A stretch of 64,000 bases of DNA from an uncultured delta proteobacterium (GTDB taxonomy: Bacteria; Myxococcota_A; Polyangia; Polyangiales; B10-G4), in contig CAVSGI010000005.1 in assembly GCA_963727445.1 (NCBI GenBank), positions 128,001 through 192,000 of the forward strand. The letters are read 5' to 3'. Below are positions 30,353 through 41,389 of this stretch, in pieces. Under the pieces are notes generated by a model, which was not told the DNA's origin, did not search any database, and saw nothing but the letters and a program-made list of their open reading frames with translations. A program made the translations under genes and the position numbers. Each line of letters opens with the position of its first letter. The first letter of the stretch is position 1.

Positions 30353-32785
30353 ATGCGCGCGTCCTACGAGTGGCTCAAGGAGCTGACCGGGGTCGACGCG
30401 CCGGCGTCCGAGGTGGCGGCGAAGCTCACCGGCGGCGGGCTCGAGGTCGAAGCGATCGAGACCCGGGGCGAAGGCCTCGATTCGGTGGTCATCGCCGAGG
30501 TGCGATCGAAGGAGAAGGTCCCCGAAAAGGACAAGCTCACCAAGGTCACGGTTCATGACGGCACCGGCCTGGTCGAGGTCATCTGCGGCGCGCCCAACGT
30601 CCCCGAGCCCGGCGGTCGCGTCCTCTTCGCCCGCGTCGGCGCGAAGCTGCCGAATGGCATGGAGATTGGCGAGCGCAAGCTCGGCGGTGTGCTTTCACGC
30701 GGGATGATCTGCTCCGAAGAAGAGCTCGACATCGGTGCGGGTTCCGCCGGCATCTTCATCGTCGGCGACGACGTGAAAGCCGAGCTCGGCACCCCCATCG
30801 CCGACGCCCTGAACCTCCGCGACACCCTCTTCGAGCTCGGCCTCACGCCGAACCGCCCCGACGCCCTCGGTCACGTGGGCATCGCCCGCGACCTCGCGCT
30901 TCACTACCGCCTCCCCTTCACCTTCCCGAAGGCGAAGGCGCCCGAGCGCTTCGAAGACGGCGAGCTCGGCGTGGCCATCGAGATCGCCGATCCCGATCGC
31001 TGCCCGCGTTACGGCGCCGGCCTCGTGCGCGGCGTCACCATGGGTCCCTCGCCCTTCTGGCTGCGCTACCGGCTGCACCTGCTGGGCCTGCGCGCCATCC
31101 ACAACGTCGTCGACGCCACCAACTACGTGCTCATGGAGCACGGCCATCCGACCCACGCCTTCGATCTGTCGGGGGTGCGCGGCCAGAAGATCGTCGTTCG
31201 CCTCGCGAAGGACGGCGAGAAGATGGCGACCCTCGACGACGTCGAGCGCACCTTCACCGACGACGACCTGCTGATCTGCGACGGCGAAGGCCCGGTCGCC
31301 GTCGCCGGCGTGATGGGCGGCGCCAACTCCGAGATCGCCGACGACACCAGAGACGTGCTCGTCGAGTGCGCCTACTTCGAGCCGACCTCGGTGCGCCGCA
31401 CGGGCCGACGCCTCGGCCTTCACACAGACGCCAGCCACCGCTTCGAGCGCGGCGTCGATCCGAACGGCGTCCCCGCGGTCCTCGCGCGCACCTGCCAGCT
31501 CATCGCCGACCTCGCGGGCGGCACGGTCGTCGGGCGGGGCGTCGACGAAAACCCGAAGCCCATCACACCCAAGGTCGTCGCCTTCCGCCTCGACCGCTGT
31601 GACGCGCTCCTCGGCTTCGAGACGCCCGCGTCGGAGGCGACCCGCATCCTCGAAGGCCTCGGCTGCACCGTGGCGCCCGACGGCGAGCGCGCGTATCAGG
31701 TCACGGTCCCGACCCATCGCCCCGACATGAGCCGCGAGGTCGACCTCAGCGAAGAGGTCTTGCGCATCGAGGGCTTCGACAAGGTGCCGACGGCCATCCC
31801 GCACGTCCGGCCTTCCGCCGAGGGCACGCCGCGGGCGATCCGCTTCGTGCGCGCCGCGCGTGAGGCCGCGGCCGTCGCCGGCCTGAACGAGGCCGTCAGC
31901 TACAGCTTCGTCGCGCCGCACGAGCTCGAAAGGGCGCGCGTCGCCCCCGCGACTGTCGTCCTCGAAAACCCGCTCTCCGAAGAGCGCTCGGTGATGCGCA
32001 CCTCGCTCCTGCCCGGCCTCGCCGCCGCGGCCCGGCGCGCGCTCCGCCGTCAGGTCGATCGCGTCGCCCTCTTCGAGGTGGGCAACGTCTTCCTTCCCTC
32101 AAACGACGCGCTGCCGCGCGAAGAGCGACGTCTCTCGTTCCTCCTCGCCGGTCCCCGGAGCGCGTGGATCGGCGATGGCGCGCCCTTCGACTTCTACGAC
32201 GGCAAGGGCTACGTCGAATCCGTGGTGCGCTCGCTCTGCCTCTCGGAGGCGCGCTTCGCGCTCGATGACGCGCTCGACGAAACCGCGGCGTGGCTCCATC
32301 CGCGGCGCCGCGCATCGGTCGCCGTCGGGGGGCCGGGCCTCGCCGTCCCTGAAGCCGTCCTGCTCGGCAGCGTGGGCGAGCTCCACCCCGACGTCGCCGA
32401 CGCCCTCGAGCTCGAGACCCGAGCGATCTACGGCGAGCTGTCCCTGCCGGGCCTGCTGAGGGCCCACGAGCTCGCCGGCGATCCCCAGGCGACGCCTCTG
32501 CCGCGTTTCCCGGCGGTCCGTCGAGACATCGCCCTCGAGATCGACGAGGCCCACCCCGCCGGCGCGGTGGCCGAGGCCATCCGAGAGGCCGGCGGTGGCC
32601 TGGTCGAGGAGGTCCGCCTCTTCGACCTCTACCGGGGCTCGCAGGTGGCCGAAGGCCGCAAGAGCCTGGCTTTCCGGGTCACCTACCGCGATCTGGAAGC
32701 GACCCTCACGGACAAGAAGGTCGACAAGGCCCATGCCCGTGTGGAGAAGGCGGTGAAGGGCCAATTCGGGGCCAACGTCCGCTGA
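30353..32785 (+). CDS. pheT: Phenylalanine--tRNA ligase beta subunit
   Basis: ICGAPNV, SRGMICS, TPNRPD, HRFERG, MRTSLLPGL, FDLYRG...KSLAF. Confidence 0.97.
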   Translation: MRASYEWLKELTGVDAPASEVAAKLTGGGLEVEAIETRGEGLDSVVIAEVRSKEKVPEKDKLTKVTVHDGTGLVEVICGAPNVPEPGGRVLFARVGAKLPNGMEIGERKLGGVLSRGMICSEEELDIGAGSAGIFIVGDDVKAELGTPIADALNLRDTLFELGLTPNRPDALGHVGIARDLALHYRLPFTFPKAKAPERFEDGELGVAIEIADPDRCPRYGAGLVRGVTMGPSPFWLRYRLHLLGLRAIHNVVDATNYVLMEHGHPTHAFDLSGVRGQKIVVRLAKDGEKMATLDDVERTFTDDDLLICDGEGPVAVAGVMGGANSEIADDTRDVLVECAYFEPTSVRRTGRRLGLHTDASHRFERGVDPNGVPAVLARTCQLIADLAGGTVVGRGVDENPKPITPKVVAFRLDRCDALLGFETPASEATRILEGLGCTVAPDGERAYQVTVPTHRPDMSREVDLSEEVLRIEGFDKVPTAIPHVRPSAEGTPRAIRFVRAAREAAAVAGLNEAVSYSFVAPHELERARVAPATVVLENPLSEERSVMRTSLLPGLAAAARRALRRQVDRVALFEVGNVFLPSNDALPREERRLSFLLAGPRSAWIGDGAPFDFYDGKGYVESVVRSLCLSEARFALDDALDETAAWLHPRRRASVAVGGPGLAVPEAVLLGSVGELHPDVADALELETRAIYGELSLPGLLRAHELAGDPQATPLPRFPAVRRDIALEIDEAHPAGAVAEAIREAGGGLVEEVRLFDLYRGSQVAEGRKSLAFRVTYRDLEATLTDKKVDKAHARVEKAVKGQFGANVR

Positions 32786-32866
32786 TTTGGCCAGCTGCCC
32801 ACCCAAACCCTTGAGATCAGCCCTGAATCGTGGTTCGATGCAGGACGTCCGAGGAGGGGTCCACGC

Positions 32867-33211
32867 GTGACCAAAGCCGAAATCATCGACGCCGTTTACG
32901 AGAAGGTCGGGGGATTCTCGAAGAAAGAGGCCGCCGAAATCGTCGAGGCCGTCTTCGACACGATGAAAGAGGTTCTGGCTGAAGGGGAGAAGATCAAGAT
33001 CTCCGGCTTCGGCAACTTCGTCGTTCGGTCGAAGAAAGAGCGAATCGGCCGCAATCCTCAGACGGGCGCGCCCATCCCCATCAGCGCGCGCAAGGTGCTG
33101 ACCTTCAAGCCGAGTCAGGTGCTCAAGGGAATCCTCAATCCTCACAAGGAAGAGGCGAAGCGTCAGGCGATGACGCACGATTCCAGCAGCGCCGCAGGCG
33201 ACGGAAACTGA
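32867..33211 (+). CDS. ihfA: Integration host factor alpha subunit
   Basis: TKAEI, KISGFGNF, GRNPQTG, TFKPSQ; follows pheT. Confidence 0.9.
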   Translation: MTKAEIIDAVYEKVGGFSKKEAAEIVEAVFDTMKEVLAEGEKIKISGFGNFVVRSKKERIGRNPQTGAPIPISARKVLTFKPSQVLKGILNPHKEEAKRQAMTHDSSSAAGDGN

Positions 33212-33227
33212 GTAGGGCGAATCGTCC

Positions 33228-33680
33228 GTGGCCACGCAGCTCCCGGACAAGCTCTTCTTCAAGATCGGCGAGGTCGCACGCATCGTCGGCGTGAAGACCC
33301 ACGTCCTGCGCTACTGGGAAACGGAGTTCCCCCAGCTCAAGCCGATGAAGACGCGGGGCAGCCATCGCCAGTACAAGCGCCGCGACGTCGAGCTGGCGGT
33401 CCAGATCAAGCGGCTCCTCCACGACGAGGGCTTCACCATTCCCGGTGCGCGGCGAAAGCTGAAGGAGCTGGGGCAGGCCTCGGTGAAGAGCGACGCCGAT
33501 CCGGCGGCGGCCCGGGAAATGGCATTGAAAACGGAGCTCCTCGGGGTGCGCGAGGCCCTCTTGGGCCTCCTCGGCGACCTCGACGCCCTCAGGGACGCCC
33601 CCGAGCCCACACCCCAGGCGGTGCGGGTGGAAAAGGTCATCGCGGCGGTGCCAGTAGGCGCCCGCCACCGGGGCCGCTAG
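33228..33680 (+). CDS. MerR family transcriptional regulator
   Basis: FKIGEVA...[13 protein letters not shown]; conserved ihfA-merR synteny. Confidence 0.9.
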   Translation: MATQLPDKLFFKIGEVARIVGVKTHVLRYWETEFPQLKPMKTRGSHRQYKRRDVELAVQIKRLLHDEGFTIPGARRKLKELGQASVKSDADPAAAREMALKTELLGVREALLGLLGDLDALRDAPEPTPQAVRVEKVIAAVPVGARHRGR

Positions 33681-33880
33681 CCAGAAGCCGGCGTGGTGAC
33701 GCAGTCCCGGCGTGGGGCGGGCTCCGCTCTGAGCCCGCGCCGGGTCGCTTCGCGCCCCTCTACGCCGCTCCACGCCTCGTGTGCAGGGTCGCTGCGCGCC
33801 CCCCTACTTGCCAGCGGCCCCGATCGGTGTATGTTGCCGGTCCCTCGGCCGGGTCGTTTGGTCTGGTCAGGGAGATGGAC

Positions 33881-33957
<77 letters not shown>

Positions 33958-33960
33958 TCG

Positions 33961-34002
33961 AGAGCCCGAGGAGCTGATTCGTCAGAGCCTCGGGCTTCTC
34001 TC
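33961..34002 (+). terminator. Hairpin after tRNA-Pro (probable terminator)
   Basis: AGCCCGAGG...CCTCGGGCT followed by TCTCT. Confidence 0.5.
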
Positions 34003-34032
34003 TATCGAGCACCGAGCCCGCCGTGAATCCAG

Positions 34033-35373
34033 CTACTCCGCGGCCAGCGCGGCGATCTCGGTGTCGCTGAGGGTGCGGCGGTAGATACGGATCTCGTCGA
34101 GGTCGCCGCGAAACTGCGCGCCGAGCATTCCGTCGTCGAGGTCGGCGCCGATGATCACCGGGCCATCGTCGAAGCTGTTTGTGAAGGGCCCCATCGCCAC
34201 CATGGTGCCGTCGAGGTAGAGGCGCGCGACGCCGCCGGCGTAGCTGACGGCCACGTGGTTCCATTCCTCGACGACGGCGCCGATGGCGCTCAACGGTTCG
34301 CCGTACGTCAGGAGCGTGTCCATCCGGTAGCTCAGCTCCGCCCAATCGAAGAAGAGGAGATAGGAGTCGAGCGTGCCGAGGTTGCGGGGCTTGGCGACGA
34401 TCGTCCGGATGTCGGTGAATGCCCGCGGCCGAACCCATGCGGTGATGGTGAGCTCGACGGTGGTGTCGAAGAGTCCGTCGTCGTTCGGGATCCGCAAGGC
34501 GTGGACGCCGCCGAAGACGTAGGCCATGCCGATGTGACCCGGCACGACCGTCGGCGGCGGTCCGAGGAGCGTCCCGTCTCTACCAAAGCTCGATGAGTCG
34601 GTGACGCCGTCGGAGGGGTCGTCGTCGCATTCGAGCCAGAGGATCAGATCGCTGTCGACTCCCCCATCGCCTCCCGCGTCCGCGTCACCTCCGTCGGCGT
34701 CCGCACCGGCGTCCGTCGCCGCATCTGCCGGGCCGGAGTCGCCCGCGCCGCTCGTGCAGCCGTCGACGGTGCAGACGCTGCCTGAATCGCAGAGCGAATC
34801 GCGCAGCGTCTCGAAGCAGGCGCCGCCCTCACAGGTGACCTCCGCGCAGGCGATGTCGGTCGTGCAGTCCGAGCTCAGCACGCAGCTCGCGCTCCCGCAG
34901 GTCTCGGGAGACTCGGGCCGACAGCCGGTCGGGACGCACCGCCCGGCATAGCACTCGGGCGTGTCCGGCGTCCCCGAGCAGTCGACGCTGCGGCAGCTTC
35001 GCGTCACGACCACCACCAACCCGTAGTTCCCCTCGGGTGCGTCGAAGCTCACCACTCGCGCCCCGACCGGGTCGCCGCTGGCGTCGAAGAGGGTGACCCG
35101 CGCCCACTGGCGGCCGGCTGAGCTGTCCTCGAATTCGGCGACCCGGGCGCCCGCGATCAGGTCGGCGCTGGCGAGCCGCGCGGAGGTCTCCTGGAACTGC
35201 GCCGCCGTCCACTCCTCGGTGACCGGCGGGGTGCTGCGGAGCTCCGTCCGTACGCTCACGAACTCGGTTCCGTAGGCCAGGTCCGTTCGAAGATCGACGC
35301 TCAGCACGGCTGGCTCGTCGGAGCAGCCCGCGCCGGCGGCGACCAGAAACACGGCGGCGAGGAGCAGACGCAC
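34033..35373 (-). CDS. Cys-rich lipoprotein with C-terminal LamG-like jellyroll domain
   Basis: Lipobox GAGC, Cys-rich middle, TITAWV, WNHVAVSY, LYLDG, FRGDLDEIRIY. Confidence 0.8.
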   Translation of the reverse strand: MRLLLAAVFLVAAGAGCSDEPAVLSVDLRTDLAYGTEFVSVRTELRSTPPVTEEWTAAQFQETSARLASADLIAGARVAEFEDSSAGRQWARVTLFDASGDPVGARVVSFDAPEGNYGLVVVVTRSCRSVDCSGTPDTPECYAGRCVPTGCRPESPETCGSASCVLSSDCTTDIACAEVTCEGGACFETLRDSLCDSGSVCTVDGCTSGAGDSGPADAATDAGADADGGDADAGGDGGVDSDLILWLECDDDPSDGVTDSSSFGRDGTLLGPPPTVVPGHIGMAYVFGGVHALRIPNDDGLFDTTVELTITAWVRPRAFTDIRTIVAKPRNLGTLDSYLLFFDWAELSYRMDTLLTYGEPLSAIGAVVEEWNHVAVSYAGGVARLYLDGTMVAMGPFTNSFDDGPVIIGADLDDGMLGAQFRGDLDEIRIYRRTLSDTEIAALAAE

Positions 35374-35546
35374 GCGCGCATCCTACCGCCGATTTCCCCG
35401 ACGTGGCGACCGGCGCGAAACCACGACGTCACCCGCCTCGGCGCCGCTCCTCGGCCTCCGCGCGAGCGTGGCCAGAGGCCAGCTCGGCTTCCGCCTCCGA
35501 ATGGGGGTCTCGACGTGAGCGGCCGATTCTGCAAGATCGCGACCCG

Positions 35547-36593
35547 ATGCGGATCCTCATCACGGGCGCCAACGGGCACATCGGAAATCACCTCTGTCGC
35601 GTCGCACGGGGTCGCGACTGGTCGCCCATCGCTTTCGTGCGACCGGGGAGCGATTGCAGCGCGCTCGCGGACCTGGAGCTCGAGACGCGCGAGGGTGACC
35701 TGCTCGATGCCGCGAGCGTGGCCGCCGCGATGGACGGAGTGGACGCCGTCTTCCACGCGGGTGCGGCCCATCGCAACTTCGCCAAAGACCCGGCGGAGAT
35801 CGTCCGGCCTTCGGTCGAGGGCACACGCAACGTCCTGTCCGCCATGAAGTCCAAGGGTGTGAAGAAGCTCGTGTTCACGTCGAGCGGCGCGACCGTGGGG
35901 TTCAGCCCGGATACGTCGAAGCCTTACGACGAGAGCCACTTCATGGACGCGCCGACCAATCCATACATCCGCGGCAAGGTCGAGGCCGAGAAGCTCGTCG
36001 CTGCATCCGACGCGGCCGACGAGGTCGAAGCGGTGATCGTGAATCCCTCGGGCGTCTTCGGTCCTCGCGACTACCGCATCACCCCGGCGATGCAGGCGAT
36101 CGTCGGGCTGCTCTCTGGTGATCCCGCCTTTCTCCACGTCTGCGTCACCGGCGTCGACGACGTCGCGGAGGGGCACGCGCGCGCCCTCGAGCGTGGCGAG
36201 CGCGGCGAGCGCTACATCCTCACTGGCGACAACCTCACGCCCGCCGAGGTGTCGGCGCTCTTCCACGAGGTGGGCGGTGTGAAGCCGCCGACCTTCCGGC
36301 CGCCTGGCTTCTTGATCCGCTTCCTCGCGGGCCGCGCGGAGAAGAAGGCCGCCCGCGAGGGTACGGACGCGCCGATCACCCGCACCGCCATCGCCGATCT
36401 CGGCGCGGGCGACCTGGTCTACGACGCCTCGAAGTCGAAGCGCGCGCTCGGCATGAGCTATCGCCCCGCGCGCGAGGTCCTCAGCGACACCTTCCGCTGG
36501 CTGCTCTTCCGCAACGCGCTCGCGCCGAAGGTGGACAAGCGCGTCCGCGCGGCGCTCGGCGACGCCGCGTCTCCCGATCCGAGTTGGAGCTAG
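35547..36593 (+). CDS. NAD-dependent epimerase/dehydratase (extended SDR)
   Basis: ITGANGHIG, VFTSS, YIRGK (YxxxK). Confidence 0.85.
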   Translation: MRILITGANGHIGNHLCRVARGRDWSPIAFVRPGSDCSALADLELETREGDLLDAASVAAAMDGVDAVFHAGAAHRNFAKDPAEIVRPSVEGTRNVLSAMKSKGVKKLVFTSSGATVGFSPDTSKPYDESHFMDAPTNPYIRGKVEAEKLVAASDAADEVEAVIVNPSGVFGPRDYRITPAMQAIVGLLSGDPAFLHVCVTGVDDVAEGHARALERGERGERYILTGDNLTPAEVSALFHEVGGVKPPTFRPPGFLIRFLAGRAEKKAAREGTDAPITRTAIADLGAGDLVYDASKSKRALGMSYRPAREVLSDTFRWLLFRNALAPKVDKRVRAALGDAASPDPSWS

Positions 36594-36600
36594 CGCAGCG

Positions 36601-36903
36601 TTAGGAGAAGACGCTGCCGATCGCGCCATAGAGCGCGAGGGCGCCGACGATCAGCCCGCAGACGATCACCACGCCGACGATGAGGTTCTCACCCCACGGC
36701 GTGAACTTCGCGACCGCGCCGATGCCGGCCAGGCCCGCGAGCAGGACGAACCCGCCGATGCCTCCGGAGACGACGGCGAGGAGGGTCGCGAGCACCATGA
36801 GGCCAGCGATGGTGAAGAACAGGATGAAGCTCCGGTTCTGGCCGATGCCCTGCGCCTTCTTGAGCAGCGCGACATCGCGCGCGATCAACCCGTGATCTTC
36901 CAT
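36601..36903 (-). CDS. Small membrane protein
   Basis: 100 aa, three hydrophobic segments, ATG start. Confidence 0.55.
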   Translation of the reverse strand: MEDHGLIARDVALLKKAQGIGQNRSFILFFTIAGLMVLATLLAVVSGGIGGFVLLAGLAGIGAVAKFTPWGENLIVGVVIVCGLIVGALALYGAIGSVFS

Positions 36904-36971
36904 GGGGGAGACGGTATCCGAGCTTGCGCCGGGTTGTCCAGAGGGCGCATCTGGGGTAACCCCGGGCCTCC

Positions 36972-37760
36972 GTGCCCGAAAGTAGTCAGAAAAAGCCGTT
37001 GATCCTGGTGGTCAACGACGACGGGGTGGCCGCACAGGGCAACATCGTCCTGCGGGAGGCCCTTTCGGCGGTCGGGGAGGTCTGGACGGTGGCCCCGGCC
37101 CGGGAGCAGAGCACCAACAGCCACTCCCTCACCCTCCACAAGCCCTTGCGCCTCAGCCAGATCGCCGAGCGCGTCTACGCCGTCAACGGGACCCCCGCCG
37201 ACTGCACCTACGTGGCCCTCTTCCACCAGGATCTCTTGCCGCGCCGCCCGGACCTCGTGGTCTCCGGCATCAACCACGGCCCCAACCTCGGCAGCGACAT
37301 CCACTACTCGGGCACCGTGGCGGCGGCCCGCGAGTCGGCGCTCAAGGGCATCCCCTCCTTCGCGATGAGCGCGCTGTCGAAGAAGAACCTGGCCGCCTGC
37401 GCGGAGATGGGCGCCGAGCTGGTGGCCCGCTTCTGGTCGGCCGAACGACAGGACGGCCCGGCGCCGCTGTTGAACATCAACTTCCCCGCCGGGGAGATCC
37501 GCGGCATCCGCGCCACGCGTCTCGGCCGCCGCACCTACGACGACACCATCGAGGTGCGCACCGATCCGCGCGGCCGCGACTACATGTGGATCGGCGGGCC
37601 GGGCCCGCGGCCGCACGAGGAGATCGAGGGCTCCGACACCCAGGCCGTCGACCAGGGGTTCGCGTCGATCACGCCGCTGAACCTCGACGTGACCTACGGC
37701 GCCCACTTCGGCATCGCCGCCTGGGTGGCGGGCCAGAGCGACGAGGAGAAGACCGGATGA
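36972..37760 (+). CDS. surE: 5'/3'-nucleotidase SurE
   Basis: VNDDG, NGTPADC, SGINHGPN, YSGTVAAA. Confidence 0.95.
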   Translation: MPESSQKKPLILVVNDDGVAAQGNIVLREALSAVGEVWTVAPAREQSTNSHSLTLHKPLRLSQIAERVYAVNGTPADCTYVALFHQDLLPRRPDLVVSGINHGPNLGSDIHYSGTVAAARESALKGIPSFAMSALSKKNLAACAEMGAELVARFWSAERQDGPAPLLNINFPAGEIRGIRATRLGRRTYDDTIEVRTDPRGRDYMWIGGPGPRPHEEIEGSDTQAVDQGFASITPLNLDVTYGAHFGIAAWVAGQSDEEKTG

Positions 37761-38287
37761 GCGACGAACGCATCGCGCTGATCGAGAAGACGATCCGCGA
37801 CGTCCCCGACTTTCCGAAGCCGGGGATCCTCTTCAAGGACATCACCCCGATGCTCGCGGACCCGAAGGCCTTCGTGGCGAGCATCGACGTCTTCGTCGAG
37901 CAGTATGCGGAAAACCGTCCGGACGTGATCGTCGGCATCGAGTCGCGCGGCTTCATCTTCGGCGCGGCCCTCGCGGCGCGGATGTCGGCGAGCTTCGTGC
38001 CCGCGCGCAAGCCCGGCAAGCTGCCCTGGAAGACCCACGAGGTCGAGTACGAGCTCGAGTACGGCAAGGACAAGGTGCAGATGCACGTCGACGCCATCCC
38101 CGCCGGCTCGAAGGTGCTCGTGGTCGATGATCTCATCGCCACCGGCGGCACCGCTTGGGCCGCGTGCGAGCTCGTCAAAAAACAAGGCGGCGACCTGTTG
38201 GCCGCCGCCTTCGTGATCGAGCTCGCGGGGCTGAAGGGGAGGGACCGGCTCGGGCAGACGCCAGTCTTCTCAATCCTCAGCTACTAG
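37757..38287 (+). CDS. apt: Adenine phosphoribosyltransferase
   Basis: PDFPKPGILFKDIT, ESRGF, RKPGKLP, VDDLIATGGT. Confidence 0.96.
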   Translation: MSDERIALIEKTIRDVPDFPKPGILFKDITPMLADPKAFVASIDVFVEQYAENRPDVIVGIESRGFIFGAALAARMSASFVPARKPGKLPWKTHEVEYELEYGKDKVQMHVDAIPAGSKVLVVDDLIATGGTAWAACELVKKQGGDLLAAAFVIELAGLKGRDRLGQTPVFSILSY

Positions 38288-38293
38288 CGCCAG

Positions 38294-39265
38294 TCAGTCC
38301 ACGTTGTTGATGGCGTCGAGGCGCGGGAGCACCTTCGGCTTCATCGTGTCCACGACCATCTGCGCGATGTCGAAGAAGTCGACCGGCTTGAGCTCCACCT
38401 CCCGGAGGGCGGCCACCAGGTCGATGGTCATCTCCCGGATCCGCGCGTAGCCGATGCCCGCCGGCTGCGTGCCGAGATTGAGCTTGGGCGCGAAGCAATC
38501 GGTGAAGCGATTCATCGAGGTGCGCTTGACGTAGATGTGCTCGTCCGGGTGGATGAGGGCGCTCGGCGCCGTGGCGAGCTCCCAGGTCACGTCGAGCTTG
38601 CTCGCCTCGAGGACCTGAACGAAGCGCTCGAAGCGCGCCTCGAAGGGGCTGGTGCCGTACAGGAGCGAGAGCAGGGACTCGCTCAGGTGGGACAGGAACG
38701 CGTCGTCGAGCTTCTGGAGAGGCTCGAGCTGCTTCTTCGTGACGAGGTCGGTGTGCTGCAGCACCTCGAGGAGGGTGTCGCGCACGCCAGCGTGCTCGCC
38801 ATCCTTGATCGCCTTCTTGAGCGCCTTCTTCGACAGGCGCTCCTGCGCCTCGGCGATCGCCGCGTCCCGATGGCGCTTGAGCCGACGGGATGCCTCCACG
38901 CCGCGCACGTCCGACTTCCAGGCGTCGCTGTCGAAGCCGCCCGGATGGACCTCGAGGAAGTGCTTCACCAGGGCGTCGAAGCTGACGGTGGGCTGCTCGT
39001 CCTTGGCCGCCGCGGCGCGGTCGCGCGCGTCCATCGACTTGGCGAGCATGGTCTTGAGGCTCGAGATGATGCGGGGGGTCCCCTCCGGCTTGGGGGAGAC
39101 GGGCTCGAGCATGTCGTAGTAGCCCTCTTTGAAGACGCGCAGGCGGCCGTCCTGGAACTGGTAGCCGCGGCGGTCGCGTCGCTCGTAGGCGAGGATGGCA
39201 AAGCCCCATTCCTCACGCTTGGCGTGGGAATAGATGGTTTCTGTCGATGCAAAGCTGTGATCCAC
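38294..39265 (-). CDS. Hypothetical protein
   Basis: Long ORF with host-like codon usage (GTG 39265 start); no family recognised. Confidence 0.65.
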   Translation of the reverse strand: MDHSFASTETIYSHAKREEWGFAILAYERRDRRGYQFQDGRLRVFKEGYYDMLEPVSPKPEGTPRIISSLKTMLAKSMDARDRAAAAKDEQPTVSFDALVKHFLEVHPGGFDSDAWKSDVRGVEASRRLKRHRDAAIAEAQERLSKKALKKAIKDGEHAGVRDTLLEVLQHTDLVTKKQLEPLQKLDDAFLSHLSESLLSLLYGTSPFEARFERFVQVLEASKLDVTWELATAPSALIHPDEHIYVKRTSMNRFTDCFAPKLNLGTQPAGIGYARIREMTIDLVAALREVELKPVDFFDIAQMVVDTMKPKVLPRLDAINNVD

Positions 39266-39415
39266 GGAGAGGCGCTCCTGACGAACGAGGGAGAAAAAGG
39301 GGATTTTGGGGTGCCGTCGATTGCGTTCGACCGCTGGGGCGATCACGCACCGGACAGCTCCCCCAAACTAATCATTTGGCCGCTGAAAGCAATAAAGTTG
39401 CAATTTCAGTGCTTT

Positions 39416-40917
39416 TTAGTGTGGGGCGTCGAGGGCGGCGTCCAGTTGGGGCGCGCAGGCGGGCTCGGCCAGGCATTCGGCCATGGCGGCGATCCGGGCT
39501 TCCACGTCCTGTCCGTCCAGCCACAGATCGGGCTGGTAGCCGACGCCCTCGGGGAAGATGTCCGCGTTCGCGTCGGGATCTTCGTGGACGCGGTGGCCTG
39601 CGCTCACGGTGATCCCGCTGTGGGGGAGGCGGTAGGAGCGGAGCTCCCCCACCTTCATCGTGCCGTTGGTGTTCTCGCCGACGACGACGGTGCCTGGGAA
39701 GTGACGCGCGATCAGCACCGAGGTCTCGCACGCCGAGGCGCAGCCGCGGTCGGTGACGAGGAGCAGGCGCCCGCCGAAGGGCGCGGGCGCTCGCCCTTCG
39801 ATGATGTCGCGCTCGATCTCCATCTCGCGAAAGGGACCGCGCGTGACCATCGCCTCGTCGAGCTGGCGGCGCGCCTGGGCGACGCGCCGGGTGAGCCAAT
39901 CGCGTCCTCCGTCGTCGGCGCTCGTGCTGTGATGGGCGATGCAGCCCCAGAAGTTGAGGGCGCCCTGAAGCGTGACCTCGCTCTCGAGGGTGCGGGTTCG
40001 AAAATAGGGAAGGCCTTCGCTGGTGAGCTCCTTGAACCAGCGGAGCAGAAAGCGATCGCTGCCGCCGCCCTGACGGCGCACGTCGAGGACGATCACCTTT
40101 TCGTCGCGGAGCGCGGGCCCGGTGGCGACGAAGCGGGCGAGAGCGCCGCCGTAGCTGGTGGCCAGTGAGCGGACGCGGAGCCAGGGGAAGGGCGCGTCGC
40201 GGCGCTCGAAGATGGGGCCGGGCGGGTCGGCGATGTCGACGCGTGAGAGCGCGACCTCGCGCTCTTCCGTCCCGGCGGCGCTCTCGAAGCGGCAGGTCGT
40301 CGCACTCAGGCGCGCGCGAGAGAGGATCACCGGACGCAAGATCACGGCGGCCGGCTCCGAGCCCACGAACGGCTGCACGACGTCGGCGGCGGGCGCGTCG
40401 CCACAGGCGATCAACCGACGACCTTCCGCGTCGACGAAGCCCTCGCCTTCGCGGCGAAGCACCACGTCGCCGTAATACGCTTGGGCATGCCCGCTGGTTC
40501 CGCGCCAGCTCCGGTGGCCTTCGGCGTCGCGAAGCGACAGCCCCAGATGATTGTCGTCCGCGAAGCGCAGCCGCGCGATCAGCCCGTCGCGAAACTCCAC
40601 CGGCGAAGCGGGCGCCTCGGGCAGCTCCGCGCGAATCCCCCGAAAAACCTCGGCCCATTCGTCTTCGCTCGCCGCGATCTCGAAGCCCGCATAGCCGCGC
40701 CGCAGGATGCGTTCGAGCACGTCGACGTCGGAGAGCATCTCCGTCTGACCGACGGTTCGGGCGCGGTGCGACGGCAATCGCCCGTGTCCACCAGCAGGTC
40801 GCCGTAGAGCGCCCGCGTCTCGGCGCTGACCTCGGGGCGCGCTTCTGCCGCGCCGCACCCCGAGGCGAGCGCGGCCGAAAGCGCTGCGGCTACTGCGAAC
40901 GAGATCACGGGTTTCAT
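39416..40917 (-). CDS. S41 family peptidase lipoprotein (apparent frameshift near 40750)
   Basis: Lipobox ASGC in the upstream frame; DVRRQGGG, CASACE, GENTNG and GVGYQPD in the main frame. Confidence 0.7.
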
Positions 40918-41199
40918 CACGTCACGGATGCCCCGAGTCCCTGAACGGTGTTCGCCATTGTGCGGATTGGTCCAACTCCAACCCCAATAGTCCAAGCACG
41001 GTGTGGACTTCCCACGATGCCGACGACTCGCTGCACTTGAACGTCGGAGCTGTCAGATGCATACAATGAAAGCAGTATGCACCCTTCGCTATCGGCGGCG
41101 AGCGTTGGGAACAGCAGGCTGGGTGCTAGGGGAACCGTCACTTCGCGAACGAGTGTTCCCCGAAATCCTCACTCAAGTGGACGAGAGCGGATAGGCTGA

Positions 41200-41337
41200 T
41201 TGTTGACGTTCTGTGCGGGGCGGGACCCCGCGACGTTGGGTCCCGACGACCTTGAAGCGTACCTGGTGCACTTGATGCGGGACGGAGGCCTGAGCGGTCG
41301 CAGCCGAGAGCGTGCACGCGCGGCGCTGCCGTTTTAG
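41200..41337 (+). pseudogene. Remnant of a tyrosine recombinase/integron-integrase N-terminal SAM-like domain
   Basis: Own translation LLTFCAGRDPATLGPDDLEAYLVHLMRDGGLSGRSRERARAALPF*, resembling the IntI-type N-terminal helix pattern. Confidence 0.55.
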
Positions 41338-41389
41338 GAGCGTGATTCAGGATGAGTGGAACGATGGAGACCCACGTGCGTCTGCGCGA

